This document shows, piece by piece, positions 25,480 through 38,868 of a stretch of DNA of 64,000 bases; the stretch's first letter is position 1; each line of letters opens with the position of its first letter. Location of the stretch: contig NC_042999.1 in the NCBI RefSeq assembly GCF_006345805.1, positions 143,902,001 to 143,966,000 on the forward strand. Direction: 5' to 3'. The position numbers and the translations under genes are program-made. This stretch comes from Octopus sinensis. Taxonomy: Eukaryota. The notes beneath the pieces were generated by a model. That model worked only from the letters and a program-made list of their open reading frames with translations. It was not told the DNA's origin and searched no databases.

Positions 25480-26500
25480 ACTCACAAGAGGCGCTTGAGA
25501 ATGGCATTGCCTCCGACGTGCTTGCAGTACAATTGGTCAGCGCAAAGCAGGAAGGGTGCATTTTCAGAGCGAAGACGTGTGCTCTAAGATACGAGAGGGC
25601 AAAAGGCTTGAGTGGCAGAAAGGCAACGTGGCAAGAAAGCCACAAATCTGTGTTTGAAGTACCTAGATGGTTACGTGTTACTCGAACCCGATTAGATATG
25701 TGCAGGATTTCACGAGTACTCCGCTCGACTTATTTAAATTCGTGGTGGATCAGATCGCAGAAAGGACTTTAGTACCTACCTCAGAAGCCTTCCGCCCCTC
25801 TCAGCAAGTGATGCAATGTGTTACGAGAAGCTGATAACAGTCGCAGAAGTACGGGAAGCAATGGTTGGCTGCACGGGTGGGGAGGGTCAAATCTCCTGTT
25901 TTGGATGGTCTTCTCTGCGAGCCTGTAACTAGCAACAGAACGGAACAAACCCCAGTTCTGTTAGTCGTGGAGCGGTAATACTGCTGAGAAAGGAGCCAAG
26001 TATGGGGATTCACGTAGATAATTTTCTGTTCATAAGTGTGCTAAACGCAGACTTCAAAATTTGATTTTAAATATTAGCAAAGAGGTCGGCTTTTGTCGTC
26101 GATGGTCTGAGGAATTTGGCCTGGGGTGGGTGACCAATCAAATCAGACTACGAACAAATTTAACCGGTGCGTCCGTCTAAAATCCCACGAAGATGTTGGA
26201 CGGTGTAGAACTACCTGTCCTAGTGCGAGCTGTTGCTCTCACCGACTTTCGTGTGGATCGACCACCAATACTATCGGTAGCTGGATTCTCCCCAGTTTCC
26301 GCGGTTGAATTTCCACGATGTACAGCGACATCTGCTCAGCGATTAGAGTGAACATTAGAGATAGTGGAACCATTCAGGATAATGCGCTAAATCTGTCGAG
26401 TTTGTGTTCTCTAGTCCCTTCTCTATGCGTTGGTTCTTGAGCCACTACTACGGAAATTGAAAGCGCCAAGGGCCATCCCGAGTGAAATAAGATGCATTTT
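25480..26500 (+). mobile_element. Tx1/L1-clade LINE RT N-terminal half, decayed
   Basis: EKLITVAEVREAM...KSPVLDGL, VLNADFKIL, LYALVLEPLLRKL. Confidence 0.75.
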
Positions 26501-26519
26501 GGTTGGTTTGATATCCTTG

Positions 26520-27660
26520 TCAGAATTAAAGTTTTTTAAACATTCTATGTCAGACCTAAATAATTGAATTTGTCGATGGATTTGCTCTTGCCAAATAGGC
26601 TTTTAGTAGGTGTGTTTTCGGTTTTTTAATTTTTTCACCTGAATCGTTGAGATCTAAGCAGATGCATAATAAAGGTGATCGAGATTTGTAATTAACAACA
26701 TCATTAGATGAAATTATATCTTTAAGGGTAATGCGGATTTCACCAATTACTTTTTGGTTAAAGTTACGAATTTTTGGGAGAGTGTTACATTAATCCATAC
26801 TAATTTCCTTAATTTTCAGCCGTTCAATCATGATTTGATTTTTTAAATCATCTAGTTGAGTTGGGTCAATTTTCTGTATGACTTTCACCTATTTTATTTT
26901 CTTCCTTGGTATTTATAGCTGGTTCAGAAAGCATTTCACTCTGCTTATCAGTTACTGTGACTCTTTCTATCATTACCGCATTTTCATTAAACTTGGGTTG
27001 GCCTGTAATTATTTCTTCACTTAGTATCTTCTTTAGTTGCATCTTCTTTCTCTTTATCCCTTGCTGATTGTTAATCTGGTCAATCTCTAATTCAGTTAGG
27101 ATTTTCTGGGGGTTTTTAATATATTTCTTTTGATGTTAGAAAGCTTGTTACTATCTATGTAGGATCTTCTTTCCTGATATTCCTCTCCCCAGTTTAGGTA
27201 GGCATGTTTTGTATCGGATTTAATTTTGGGGAAATACAAGGCAAGAACGAAGATCTTAAGAACTCCTTTATTATCTTTCTTGGACCATCTTTCATTCCTT
27301 TTCTTTTAACTAGTTGATGATGGGCGTGGATGGCTGTCAGTTGGAATATTTCGGTTCAAGGATACTTCCAGCTACTGAATTTCGGGAAGATTTGAACCAG
27401 AAACTGATTTTTCGCCCCAGTCTGATTCCTCTGGAGGTGGGAGTTTTGTTGATCCGGATGACGAACGATCCGGCGGGAATTTTGCTTTACTACCGTTGAG
27501 ATATGAAGAGCTTGGACGATGACATTAGGGGACGGGTCTGTGTGCTTAGCATTAACTTTTTGAGACAACATTGTCTCCGAGTTCCTTGAATGAAAACGTT
27601 TCTTGTAACGTAATTCCATGGGGCTCACAGACCGATATTCGCCTCTATTTTTGATTTTGG
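26520..27660 (-). mobile_element. R4/Dong LINE N-terminal region
   Basis: RWSKKDNKGVLKIF...DSNKLSNIKRNIL and KILTELEIDQI parallel the N-termini at 29800-29990 and 45820-46030. Confidence 0.6.
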
Positions 27661-28229
27661 GGCTTTTTGCTAGATTTATCTCCGAGCATGACTGCTTTGT
27701 AATATTTTGAGCTTAGAGATTATTCGCACTTTTTCTGTTAGTTCAAAGAAAATTGCTTTATTATTGTTTTGCTTCGTTTGTGACACGTACTTTCATGTGT
27801 GTGTCGTGTAAAATTCAGGTAGTTGTGTTGACATTAGGGTATATGTTTAATCCTATGGATATTAAAATGTATACATTATTTTATAGACATTCGGATGTAT
27901 TGTAATTAATCAATTTACGTAATTACTGTGTTGCTCCACTTACATTTTATATTATGTAAACTTCCTGTTGACTTTGTTTCTTTCGCACATGTTTCACTGA
28001 GACATTGTGCATGGGAGAAATTGTGCTTTGCATGGCAATAACTTATAATAAATTGTATGGCAATAAATTATTTTGTGTGCATGTGTGTGTGTGTGTGTAG
28101 TTATTTTAATTAAAACATTGCCTCCTTCACGTCTCCCACAGATTCCTTTTCCCATTCCATAGATGTTGTTAGATTAGATTAGTTTTGTATTGATAGTCCG
28201 ATGTAGCACATCCATGTTGTTATTCCGTG

Positions 28230-28257
28230 CGGATGATGATGATGATGGGGGGGGCGT

Positions 28258-28303
<46 letters not shown>

Positions 28304-28425
28304 GGCGGCGATGGTGATGGTGATGATGATGATGATGATGAGGAGGAGGAGGAGGAGGAGGGGAGAAGGAGGAGGATGTGGAGGAGGATGTGGAGGAGGT
28401 GGATCATCATCATCATCATCGTCAT
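28230..28425. repeat. GC-rich compound triplet array (GAT)-(GGC)-(GGT)-(GAT)-(GAG)-(ATC)
   Basis: Direct reading. Confidence 0.95.
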
Positions 28426-28429
28426 CATC

Positions 28430-30210
28430 AAGAAAAATCTCAGCTTTATTTTGCTGGACATGATGGAAAGTGTCAGATGCCAACAGTCGGCAAATTAAGG
28501 TCACTAATCATGCTTCAGTAATCCAGCGGAGGACTCTTGCAGTTCCAAGCAATGATGATTTTTTTTTACATTCACTCCAATCTCTTTGAGCTAGGTTGGT
28601 AGTTGGCTACTGATACTTCCAAGTGGTTCACTGTTTCTATCCCATCGTTGCAGTATTTTTCATCACATTGGCTTGATAGTTACGCTCAATAAGCTCTGAT
28701 CGTGGGCAGCCAAAATAAAGTCCTCACTCTCTGCCTTTAGACCACGCTCCCTAACCACTGATGGGTGTGCTTCTGGTCTACATTAGCTTGTTTGCTACGG
28801 GTTACATATTTGCAATGCAAAGGTTTTTGTTTCCACCTATCACCCAATTGTTCAAACACATTTTGATTTGCTATTGATTTCACCTTCTTTGCAACTACAG
28901 TTACTACACTTCCATCATGCTGTTCAACCTGGGCATTGTGCATAAGCTCTCTTGAATTTTTTTTTTTTTTTTTGCTTTCCTTCATAACAAAATGAAGCTT
29001 TTTACGTCTTTCATGGTTTTCATCCAGTCGTTAGATGTTTCGAGATATTTTGCCTGGGATATTTTTCGAGATATTTTGTGGTGGTTTTGTAGGAGATTTC
29101 AAATTGGATCAAGCCTCGATTTCCTCGAGTTTTAGGTAGGTAAAAACGATCTGCGTTTGCCTTTGGGTGGTCCGTCTTATTGCATGTCAGTAGCTTATGG
29201 ATTTTTCTCTCAATCTTCCTTATTTTGCTCATATTCCAGTTCAACACATTGTTTCAATCACTTTTTCAATTTTACTTTCCCAGTTTGGAATTCTTCTCAA
29301 GTTTGTACTCATTTGTTTTTTAGAGGCATACAACTGGTTTCAATTGTCTTAGCAGCTGCGTAAATAATTTCATTTAATTCAGTGAGATCTGGTTTTATTT
29401 CTTCTATACTTTCCTTTGTTACATAATTTCCAATTTTAATTTGTTTTCTATTTTAGATTGTATTGAAGAGGTTGTGAAGTGGTTGTCTATGCTAATTGGC
29501 GTATCTTACAACTTCAAGCTTATTCAGGATTTTCTGCTTCAGTTCTATCATAGATTCTTTATATTCTTCAGTAAATGTATAGTCTTCAAACTGTTTCTTT
29601 ACCACTTTCCTCGCTATCTTTATCAGATTCATTATAATTTATTTCTCCAGACGTTCGCGTGTTCTGGTCAGATGGCAGTCTTTCAATTGAGACTCGTGGA
29701 CAGTTGCTCTTTTGGTCTTGTTCTTAATTTCTTTTCTATCTTATATTTGGGTCATTTTCCACTGCATGCTTGATCGCGATTTAATCATTATCTGTGAGTC
29801 TTTTATTTCTGAAGATATCGCTCATAACATCTGCTAACTTGTTTTTATCTAAATATAGTCTGCTGTCTTGATTTCCTGATCTCTATATTTGATAAGAGTG
29901 TGCGGTGTGTTTCTCTTCAGATGGCCTGCCTAATGCATAGTAATAGGCGTGTACTTTTCTCGGGTCCATTTGATCCTACTACAATTTTGTTTCTGTGGTG
30001 GGTGTGGTAGTGAACTTGGAGGACTCAAGCTGGGGGAAATTCCCGTTCAAGTGGCCATCCAGGTTCGTATTCAGAGAAAAGTTTGTGCCAGTGGATGACT
30101 TTTCGATCCCAGGCTGACTCTCTCTTGAGGGACGCGCTTCCAAATTAACCACGAGACAAGCATTTTGATGCACTGTTTTGGTTTTCCTTTTTGTTTCGTA
30201 AGACATATTT
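28430..30210 (-). mobile_element. R4/Dong LINE with 5' and 3' regions but no RT domain
   Basis: N-terminal DLTELNEIIYAAAKTI...RIPNWESKIEK joins at about 29250 directly to post-RT LNWNMSKIRKIERK, HPKANADRFYL and WKQKPLHCKY. Confidence 0.7.
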
Positions 30211-30739
30211 GTGCTACATTAAAAATATTAGTATTGAGTCCTGTATTGTGACAGATGTAGAGACGATTGTTGTCTCTTCCACTATTGTCAACTCCGCAAT
30301 TAATACCGTTGCAATTACTTTAACCTTGCTATTATAGTATTTCTCATCGTTAGTTACCACCAAGTGTGCCTTGATTTGTATACTTGTGGTTAACCTTTGT
30401 AGCCATGGCGACAGCATAAATGTTACTTATGTGAATCTGCCATCTTTGCTCCTACTACTGTGTAGTATTATTAAATGTTTAGTTTCGACTTATATCTAGT
30501 ACTTAAGATAATCATAAATATGTGAGGGTTGAAGAGACTGGTAGGAGGAAGAGAAACAACTTGGTGAAGATACATTGGTGTAATTTTTCACGTTGCATCT
30601 GATGCTATTCACTTATTCCAGAAAAACATTAGAAAACTGTGACAGAGGTTTAAAGTTTGATCATTTTTCCCTCAATCAGAAAACAGGATGTGGAAGCTGG
30701 CATTTTGTACAAGGTGACAACATTACAATGTTAAAACAT

Positions 30740-31250
30740 TCAACGATCTACATACTTCTTTCAGCATTCATAGCTTCGATTGCCTTGGAAAAAAATCTAT
30801 CCTGATAGTTAAACAAGTTTTCAACAGCTGATATGACATCATCACTATGATATTGGTTCCTAACCGAGTATTTTTTTATATATATGTAGGGGATATAGAT
30901 AATAAGATGAGGTCAAATCACTAAAGTAGGGAGGGTGGCTTAGCAGTTCAAAGCCAATCACAAACAACAGCCATCGAAACCAATTACTTGTGCACTGGAG
31001 TAGTTGTTTCGATGAAAGAAAAACATACTCCACAGTTTTCCTTGCATTTGGCCTTGATAGCCGTTCGCAACTGGCTTAGAAAGGTGGCACAGTACAGCAC
31101 TCTCCATTGATGGTGAGAGCCTTTTGAAAGTAGTCAATAAACACGATGCTTTTTGCAATCCAAAATACTGAGGCCATCACCTTCCCCGCAAATTAAACGA
31201 TCTTGATGACCTTCTTTAGAGTAAGTGTTGAAGAGTGTCTCCACGGTTAG
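30740..31250 (-). mobile_element. Mariner catalytic-domain fragment
   Basis: AGKVMASVFWIAKSIVFIDYFQK...GFELLSHPPYFSDLTSS. Confidence 0.85.
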
Positions 31251-31269
31251 ATTATCTCTTATTCTCTAA

Positions 31270-32072
31270 CTCAAAATGATGAACCCAACATATTTAAGGA
31301 AACTGGATTTGCCTCAAGCAATGTCAGATATTCTCGAAATGTCATCAGGGAGTGTGGAGACAAGGAAAAAAAGGTAGACAGGATGTAGTTGACAAGATGT
31401 AGTTGATAATAAGAGGAAGAAATGAAGATGAATAAAGAGAGAAAAGAAGCAGATATATGAAAAGAAAGACAAGTAGAAATAGATAGGGAATGTTTTGCAA
31501 ACAAGAGGGGAAAGTAGCCGAGAGGAGCAGTATAGAAAATTAAGACAATATCGGCCAAATGTTGACCGCTGAGTATGAACACATACACAGGCATAAAGAG
31601 TGAGATAGAGAAAGATTTTGAATTTCTGTGGATTACAACATGGCAGATGATTAAAAAGGGCAGGCACAAGAAAGAAAAAAGAAGAAAGTAAAGGACCACG
31701 TTTAAGGCCACTGAATTGTAACGAAAGAACTCTGGTCGAACAAAAACCTGAAAAACAAATAGTGAATATCAAATAAATACTGCTTGTATTTTTATTGGCA
31801 AAACCAGCAACACGACTTCCCATCCAATATGTTTCAAAAGACGATAGGTCATACTAGAGCACCGTCTTTTATTTGAACGAATCAATGCCAGGAATTATTC
31901 TTTGGAAGCTTTGTATTTATTCTATCGCCTCTTTTTCCGAACCGCAAAGTTACAGGGGCATAAACGCATCAACATTAGTTATCAAGCGATGGTGGGGTTA
32001 CATACAGACACACAAATACATACATTTGTATGTATATGCGTGAGTGTATGTGTGCTTACATATGTACCTACC

Positions 32073-32116
<44 letters not shown>

Positions 32117-32132
32117 ATATATATATATATAT

Positions 32133-32173
<41 letters not shown>

Positions 32174-32255
32174 TTATATTTATATATATATATATATATA
32201 ATATATATATTATATTTATATATTATATATATATATATATATTATTTATATATAA

Positions 32256-32301
<46 letters not shown>

Positions 32302-32304
32302 ATA

Positions 32305-32352
<48 letters not shown>

Positions 32353-32424
32353 ATCTATTTATATTTATATATATATTTATATTATATATATATATATATA
32401 TATCTATTTATATTTATATATATA

Positions 32425-32466
<42 letters not shown>

Positions 32467-32498
32467 TATATATATATATCTATTTATATTTATATATA

Positions 32499-32545
<47 letters not shown>

Positions 32546-33030
32546 ATATATTTATATATATATATATATTTATATATATATAGAGAATGATAAAAAGAGC
32601 AGATAGAGAGGAATAAAGACAAAAGGAAAGTAAGGACTGAATGAAAAAGGAAAAGGGTATCAAGGCTGAAGTGAATGCTATGCTGGAGTTGAAAAAAAGG
32701 CACTTATCCAGGCAGTGGTCAAGCAGATAATGGTATGGGATATTGAATGGTCGTTTTGCACCAAAAAGGTGGACGGGGGGGGGGAGACCCATTGACCTGG
32801 GAGTGCAAGTAGAAAGAAAGAGGAAGTGTAGAGAAAGAAGGCAATAAAGATAGATAGGTGGTGGTTATAGAGAAAGGAAGAAATGAAAGGTAGTAAAGAG
32901 AGAAAACAAGATGTGTAGAGAGAAAGAACTGTAGAAATAGATAGGGAATGTTTTACAAAGAGGAGAGGAAAGGTTAGAAAACGGAGACAATGTCCACCAA
33001 ATGTTGAAAGCTGTGTGGGATACCACTGAG
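31270..33030. repeat. Purine-rich dispersed repeat fragments, unassigned (possibly Penelope RT relics), split by (TA)n at about 32090-32582
   Basis: GTAGAAATAGATAGGGAATGTTTT(G/A)CAAA is shared by about 31470 and 32930. The PLE identity is only a weak motif impression. Confidence 0.35.
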
Positions 33031-33739
33031 TAAGAATAGAAGCGGATGTGTGGCTTTACAAATTCATTTCGTAATTTCGGTTTGCAATTATTCATAGTTA
33101 AATGTTTCCTTTCAAAGTTTTTACTTTCAAACAATTTTTTCATGCACATTTTGGACCTAACAACCTATATGAGAAAATCGTTTTGACTGAAAGAATTTTG
33201 AAAGGGTTTTATTTTTAGATGGGGGTCAAACGGTCGAATCCATTCAACCATGTTTTAAGTTTTTAGCAACACCAATTACAAAGAACTTGGGAGTGGTACT
33301 GAAAGATGGAGTGAAGTATTTGACAGACAGAAAGAGAGAGTTACACATTTTAACTGGGTGGGAGCTGTCTTCAATAATTCAAGTAATGCTATATATTCAA
33401 AATTAACCATACATGCTGGTTTTGTTGTTGTTATTGTTTCTGCTACTGTTGTTATTGTCACTTTTTTTGTATTTTGACACTACTTTCCTTCAGAAGTAAG
33501 TGGTCATAAACTCCCTAGGGAATTTTATGCCAGCTTCATCACTTTTATTTATTATTTTTTTCTTTGTTTTGAGAGGAGATCGAACTTAAGCATTTTATAC
33601 CGATAAATTTTAGACACTTTTTTCTGAAACTGGTAAGATTATGTAGGGGATGCAAATTTTGATCTTGCACCCCCTGAGAATTCTAGGGGGTTCAGGTGCA
33701 CCCGTTGCACCCGTCGCACCCCCTGTTCCCGGGCCCTTG

Positions 33740-34700
33740 ATTCCATTAGCTTCCTCCTCATTCCGATGTACTCCTCAATTTTCGTTTTCATTTCTATAGT
33801 TAGTATTCTGTCAGATTCTAACACTCCTAGATACTTATAACTAGCTTCTTCCATACCTATATCTTTGCTGAAGAGTCTATCTCTTCATTCTTACAAAAAA
33901 GCATCAGTAAATCCATGTAGAGAAAATGGCTAATTTTTCCTATTCTATTTCTGAACTGATACCCTGCCTTTGGCTTCGTCATTACTAAACTGAGGAGTAT
34001 CAACCATAAGACAAATATCAAAGGGAATAACGAGTCTCCTTGGAAAATCCTTCTCTTCATATTAACCTTCCTTAAAACTGTGTCATCTGAGTAGGGATCG
34101 ACTTTCCATTTCTTCATGCCAAAGCTAATCAGTTCTCTTATGTTGTCTGCTATTCTGAACGTACTCAAACATTCACTTATCCATGAGTGTGGGATCATGT
34201 CATAGGATTTCCTATAATCTATCCTTGCTATTGTTCGATTTTTCTTTCTAGATTTTATTCATTTAGAACTGCTTTGCCTATTCATCATAAATCATGCGTT
34301 ACTCTAGTCTTCTTCCTGCAACCTTTCTGTTCTTCTGTTAGCAAATTCTGGTTGTCAAGGTGTTCGTCAATGGTTTCTGAAAGCAGCCCTGTTGACAGCT
34401 TCCACACTTATGGTAAGCAAGTGATTGCTCTATAATCGCTTTTGGCTTTCATAAAGAATACACTTCTCCCTCTATTCATCCAATCTGGGATTGATCCACC
34501 ATTAAGGCAATCCTGAAGTTGTTCCCTCAGCTTCCTTTAACCAGTATCCTTTGACTAAATCTCAACCTGGGCCCTTCCAATTCGGTATTTTCCCTAACAC
34601 TTTACGCATTAATGCACTAGTTTGTCTTAAATCTGGCTGCTTCTCAATCACTACCTCTTCCCTCACTTTCTTTAACTATATTGCATCTCAATTATAATTG
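33740..34700 (-). mobile_element. R4/Dong LINE RT fragment (family D)
   Basis: MIPHSWISECL...RRIFQGDSLFPLIFVL...FLYMD...YKYLGVLE. Confidence 0.85.
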
Positions 34701-34852
34701 ATTGGCTAATCCCACATATTACTCCTGGATTTTCAAGCTTCTTTTGTATTAGATTTCTCATCTAATAATTTATTCTGTTGATACTAATCTATTCTTTCCT
34801 GATATCTGGAAAGCTTAACTGCTATTGCTATAATACGCTGTTTCAACTCTTC

Positions 34853-34910
<58 letters not shown>

Positions 34911-34913
<3 letters not shown>

Positions 34914-37325
34914 TAGTATATTTTTTATATCGTGCTTTCATTTCACTACCGAGCACAGCTCTGTGTGCCTTGGGTATGTGCTGTGATTTGTTGTGATGCT
35001 CTGATAGTTATTGTATGGAAAGTGTTCTGCGTAGGATGTGTGCAGTGCCTAGTAGTGCAATTTTCTGTATGCTATATGTGTTTGTAAGTCCTGGTGCTTT
35101 TGTTATGTATTTGTCTGAATATTTTTTTATCATGCCTAATGCATCTATTATGATAGGAATTCTTTCTGTTTTTAGATTCCACATTCTGGTTACCTCTATT
35201 TCCAGGTCTTTGTATTTTGAAAGTTTCTCCATTTATTTTAGAGACACGTTGTCATCCGCTGGTATTGATTCATCAATTAGAAAACATTTTGTTTTCTTCA
35301 TGATCTCTGACAACTATATCTGGTTTGTTGGTCTTAATTTCTCTATTTGTGTGTATTGGCATATCCCAGAGTATGGCTGCTTTCTCGTTTTCTGTGACCT
35401 TTTCTGGTGTGTGCCTATACCATCTTTTTCTGTTGTTATTCCATAATGTTGGCATATTTTCCAGTGTATATAGGTCCCAAATCTGTCGTGTCAGTGAATA
35501 TATTCCTTCTTAGCCAGGACTGGGCAGCCAGAGATAATATGATTTATTGTTTCTCGTCCATTTCCACATATTCTGCAGTTACTTGTTATATTTCTTTTCA
35601 TTACATGTTTTTGGTAATTTCTGGTGGGGAGGCTTTGGTCTTGTGCTGCAATTAAAAATCCTTCTGTCTCTGCTTTGAGTCCTGAGCTTCTCAACCATTG
35701 TTGGGATTTTTCTTTGTCTATTTCTTTTGCATTTAGTTTAGTCCAGTATTTGCCATGAAGGGGCTTTTCTTGCCATCGTTTTATCATTGTTCGTTGATGT
35801 TCTATTTTTAGTTTGGATTTCATTTGTTCTATAGCTTTTGTTGTTTCTTCTTCTTCTTCTTCTTCTTCTTCTTCTTCGTATTTGTTAGGTGGTATGATTT
35901 CTTGTTTGTATTTGTCAGCTTCCTTAAAAACTGAGAACAGTTTTTTTTTTTGTTTTGCTCGTGTTTTGCCGCCATTTGCATCAGTTTTCCTTCCTTCTGA
36001 AGTAGATATTTTTGCAGTCCTATGGTGGTTATTTTATAGTAGTTTTCCAGCTGTATAAGGCCTCTACCACCATATATACGTTGTATATATAGCCTTTCTG
36101 TGTCAGATTTTGGGTGATGCATCCTAGATCATGTCATTATTTTTCTTGTTTTCCAATCTATTTTGGTCAGTTCATTTAGTGTCCAGTTAAGGATATTGTA
36201 GCTGTAACTTATAACTGGGACGGCTAAAGTGTTGATACCTATTATCTTGTTTTTAGCATTGAGCTCTGTTTTTAGTATTGATCTAACTCGTCTATAATAT
36301 TCTTCTTTTACTTTCTCTTTCATTTGTGTGTGTTGTGTCTTATCTAGTTCATGGATTCCTAAGTATTTGTAAGTTTGGCTTTGGTCTAATTCTTTTATTT
36401 CATTGGTTTTATCTAGTGTGATTTTGATACTCTTAACTAGTTTTCCTCTTTTCATGGTTACTTTGGCGCATTTCTCTAATCCAAATTTCATATCTATTTC
36501 TTTGGTAAATCCATGGACTGTCTTTAGTAGTGTTTCCAGCTGTTTGTCATTTGAAGCGTATAGTTTTAAGTCATTCATACATCAAAGTTGGCTGATCGTT
36601 TTGCCGTAACATTTATATCCGCATCCAGTTCTGTTTAGCATATCTGATAGAGGTGACAGTGCCAAGCAGAAAAGGAGTGGAGAGAGCGTATCTCTCTGGA
36701 ATATTCCTCTTCTAATGGGGATGGCTTTGGTTTTCACAAGTCCCTCTTTTGTTTGGAGCTGTAGCACTGTTTGCCATTTATTCATAGAGTGTCCTATGTA
36801 TTTTGTAATTGTTGGTGCAACTTTGTTCATGGCTAGTGTTTCGAGGATCCATGTGTGGTGGATGCTATCAAACGCCTTTCTGTAGTCGATCCAGGCCATA
36901 ATGAGGCCTTTTTTCTTTCTGTGGCTGTCTTCAGTTATGGCTTTATTGATCATTAGTTGATCTTTACAGCCATATGAGCCTTTGCGGCATCCTTTCTGCT
37001 CTTCTGGAAACAGGTTGTTTTCGTCCAGGTGCTTGTTCAATCTTTGCGATATTACTGCAGTAAATGCTTTGTACATTGTAGGGAGACAGGTTATAGGTCT
37101 GTAGTTTTCTGGTTTTGATGTCCCATTTGATTTAGGAATTAAGATGGTTTTCCCCTTCGTGAGCCATTCAGGCATTGTCTCTGGCTCTGCCAGTATGTTA
37201 AAATTTTGAGCCAGCTTTTTGTGCATTCCTGTTAGATATTTCAACCAGAAGTTGGGGATCTTGTCATGCCCAGGTGCCTTCCAATTGCTTAGTCTTTGCA
37301 GTGCCTAGGTGACCTCTTCAGTTGT
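34911..37325 (-). mobile_element. R4/Dong LINE, 5'-truncated 2.4 kb (family A): RT, CCHC finger, RLE, 3' UTR, (AAT)n tail
   Basis: NWKAPG, YRPITCLPT, WIDYRKAFDS, GIFQRDTLSP, DLKLYA, HPKSDTERLY, CRICG...HIISGCP, KPDIVV, KYKDLEIE; broken into six ORFs. Confidence 0.95.
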
Positions 37326-37698
37326 TATGTAGTGAGGACACTTACATCTATTAGTCTACAAGTATTTTTTTCTAGTCTTTAATGACAATTTCTGGTCGAT
37401 TAGCCTGGATCTGTCAGTCAGAGTTGACTGGAAAATCTCAGAAAATTTGTATCTTCAATGACTGGTACATCATCCTGTACCAGTCATTGAAGATACAATG
37501 ACTGGTACAGGATGATGTTCATACTAGTAAGCAGTAGTGTTTATTTTGTAGGGTTTACATATTCTCCAATGTAAATACTGTACTACCCAATCGTGACGAT
37601 TTTTGCATTCGTTTGGTGTCAACACGGGACATCAGGAGACGAGATGGTCTATTGTTTCGTCAAGTGTATCAATTATTATTATTATCAGTATTATATAC

Positions 37699-38644
37699 GT
37701 TTGACTCTCGCTTTGTATTTGTACAAATTGACTCTAAGTCTCATCCAGAGACCTCAAGAGACAACAAGTTAGAAGTATTATGCTGAGAGTGTCATTTATA
37801 TGGTTTTGAAGAAATTCTCGATCTAGAAATCATAAGACAATTTTAAGTTTGTTTTAAATTTGAGATTACATAGACAGTATTTTACGTAGGATATGGGCAG
37901 TTCCCATGGGCACTAGCATTTGAATCTCTGCCATTTGGGGGTTTTCTGGTATCTGACCTAGGTACCAACCAGCCCCTTTTCCTATCATTCCTGGGGCACT
38001 ATAACAACAGGTATTGTCTTAGTCTTCAGGTTCCACATTTTGCCAATATCTATTTCAAGATACTTGCTCAGTTTTTGGTAGGTCTTGAGAGATACATTTA
38101 TGTTGATTGGGACAGTCATATCAATGAGGAGGCATAATTTCTTTCTGAAGTCATTTAATATGATATCTGGCCTATTCGCATCTGTCTTTCTATCAGTTTG
38201 AACGGCGAAGTTCCAGAGGAGTGAGATGTGATCACTTTCAAGTACTGGAGATGATTTGTGTTCTCACCAGTTTTTATCATAGGGCAGGTCAAGGTTTTGC
38301 AAATTATCCAGTGAATATATTGTACTGGTCTATCATGCCTGATGAGATACTCTGTAGGTGCAAGAAGACTGCACATGGAAACAACATCATCAATGGTTTC
38401 ATTTTTTTTTTTGTTTACATACACGACATGTTGGGCTATTGCTGTTCTTTAATATGCTGGTCTGGTAGTTCCTTGTAGGTAGGCATTGATCTGCTATGAT
38501 AAACCCTTCTATTTCTGATTTTAAGCCAGAAGACACTAACCAGTGATGCGTAAGTGTTTTCTCAACATTAGCTGGCTTCGATATTCTTACTGATAAATGG
38601 CAAGAAATATCTCTCAGTGGCAAATACCCAAAGAGAGCTAATAA
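37699..38644 (-). mobile_element. R4/Dong LINE 3' portion (family B) with an inverted 5' segment at 38571-38644
   Basis: The body is antisense to 47806-48700, while 38571-38644 is sense to about 47743-47805. Confidence 0.85.
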
Positions 38645-38863
38645 TTGACTCTCGAGCCATTACTGCGGAATTTGGAGGCTTTGAGGGGAATCCCGCGCCA
38701 TCTAGGATGTGGAAACAGCGTGTCTGCCTATGCCGACGACGTCACCGTAATGGTTTCGATCCACAGGCACATCGACCTGATCGGCGAGACGCTAAGCGAG
38801 TACGAACCGGTGACAGGTGCAAAGATTAAAACAGAAAAGTTAGTGGGCTTGCAACTGAGCACC
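38645..38863 (+). mobile_element. Tx1/L1-clade RT fragment containing YADD
   Basis: TLEPLLRNLEALRGI...SAYADDVTV...YEPVTGAKIKTEK. Confidence 0.85.
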
Positions 38864-38868
38864 ATGCC

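Noticed and set aside
28174-28504. Poly-Gly/Pro/Ala/Asp ORFs resembling a transcription-factor low-complexity region
   Set aside because: All frames are products of the triplet array, and the flanks are LINE-derived.
33050-33745. Possible hAT end (GGGCCCGGGAACAGGGGGGTGCGACGGGTGC on the minus strand) with a LLELLK remnant
   Set aside because: No matching second TIR or TSD found; unsupported beyond impression.
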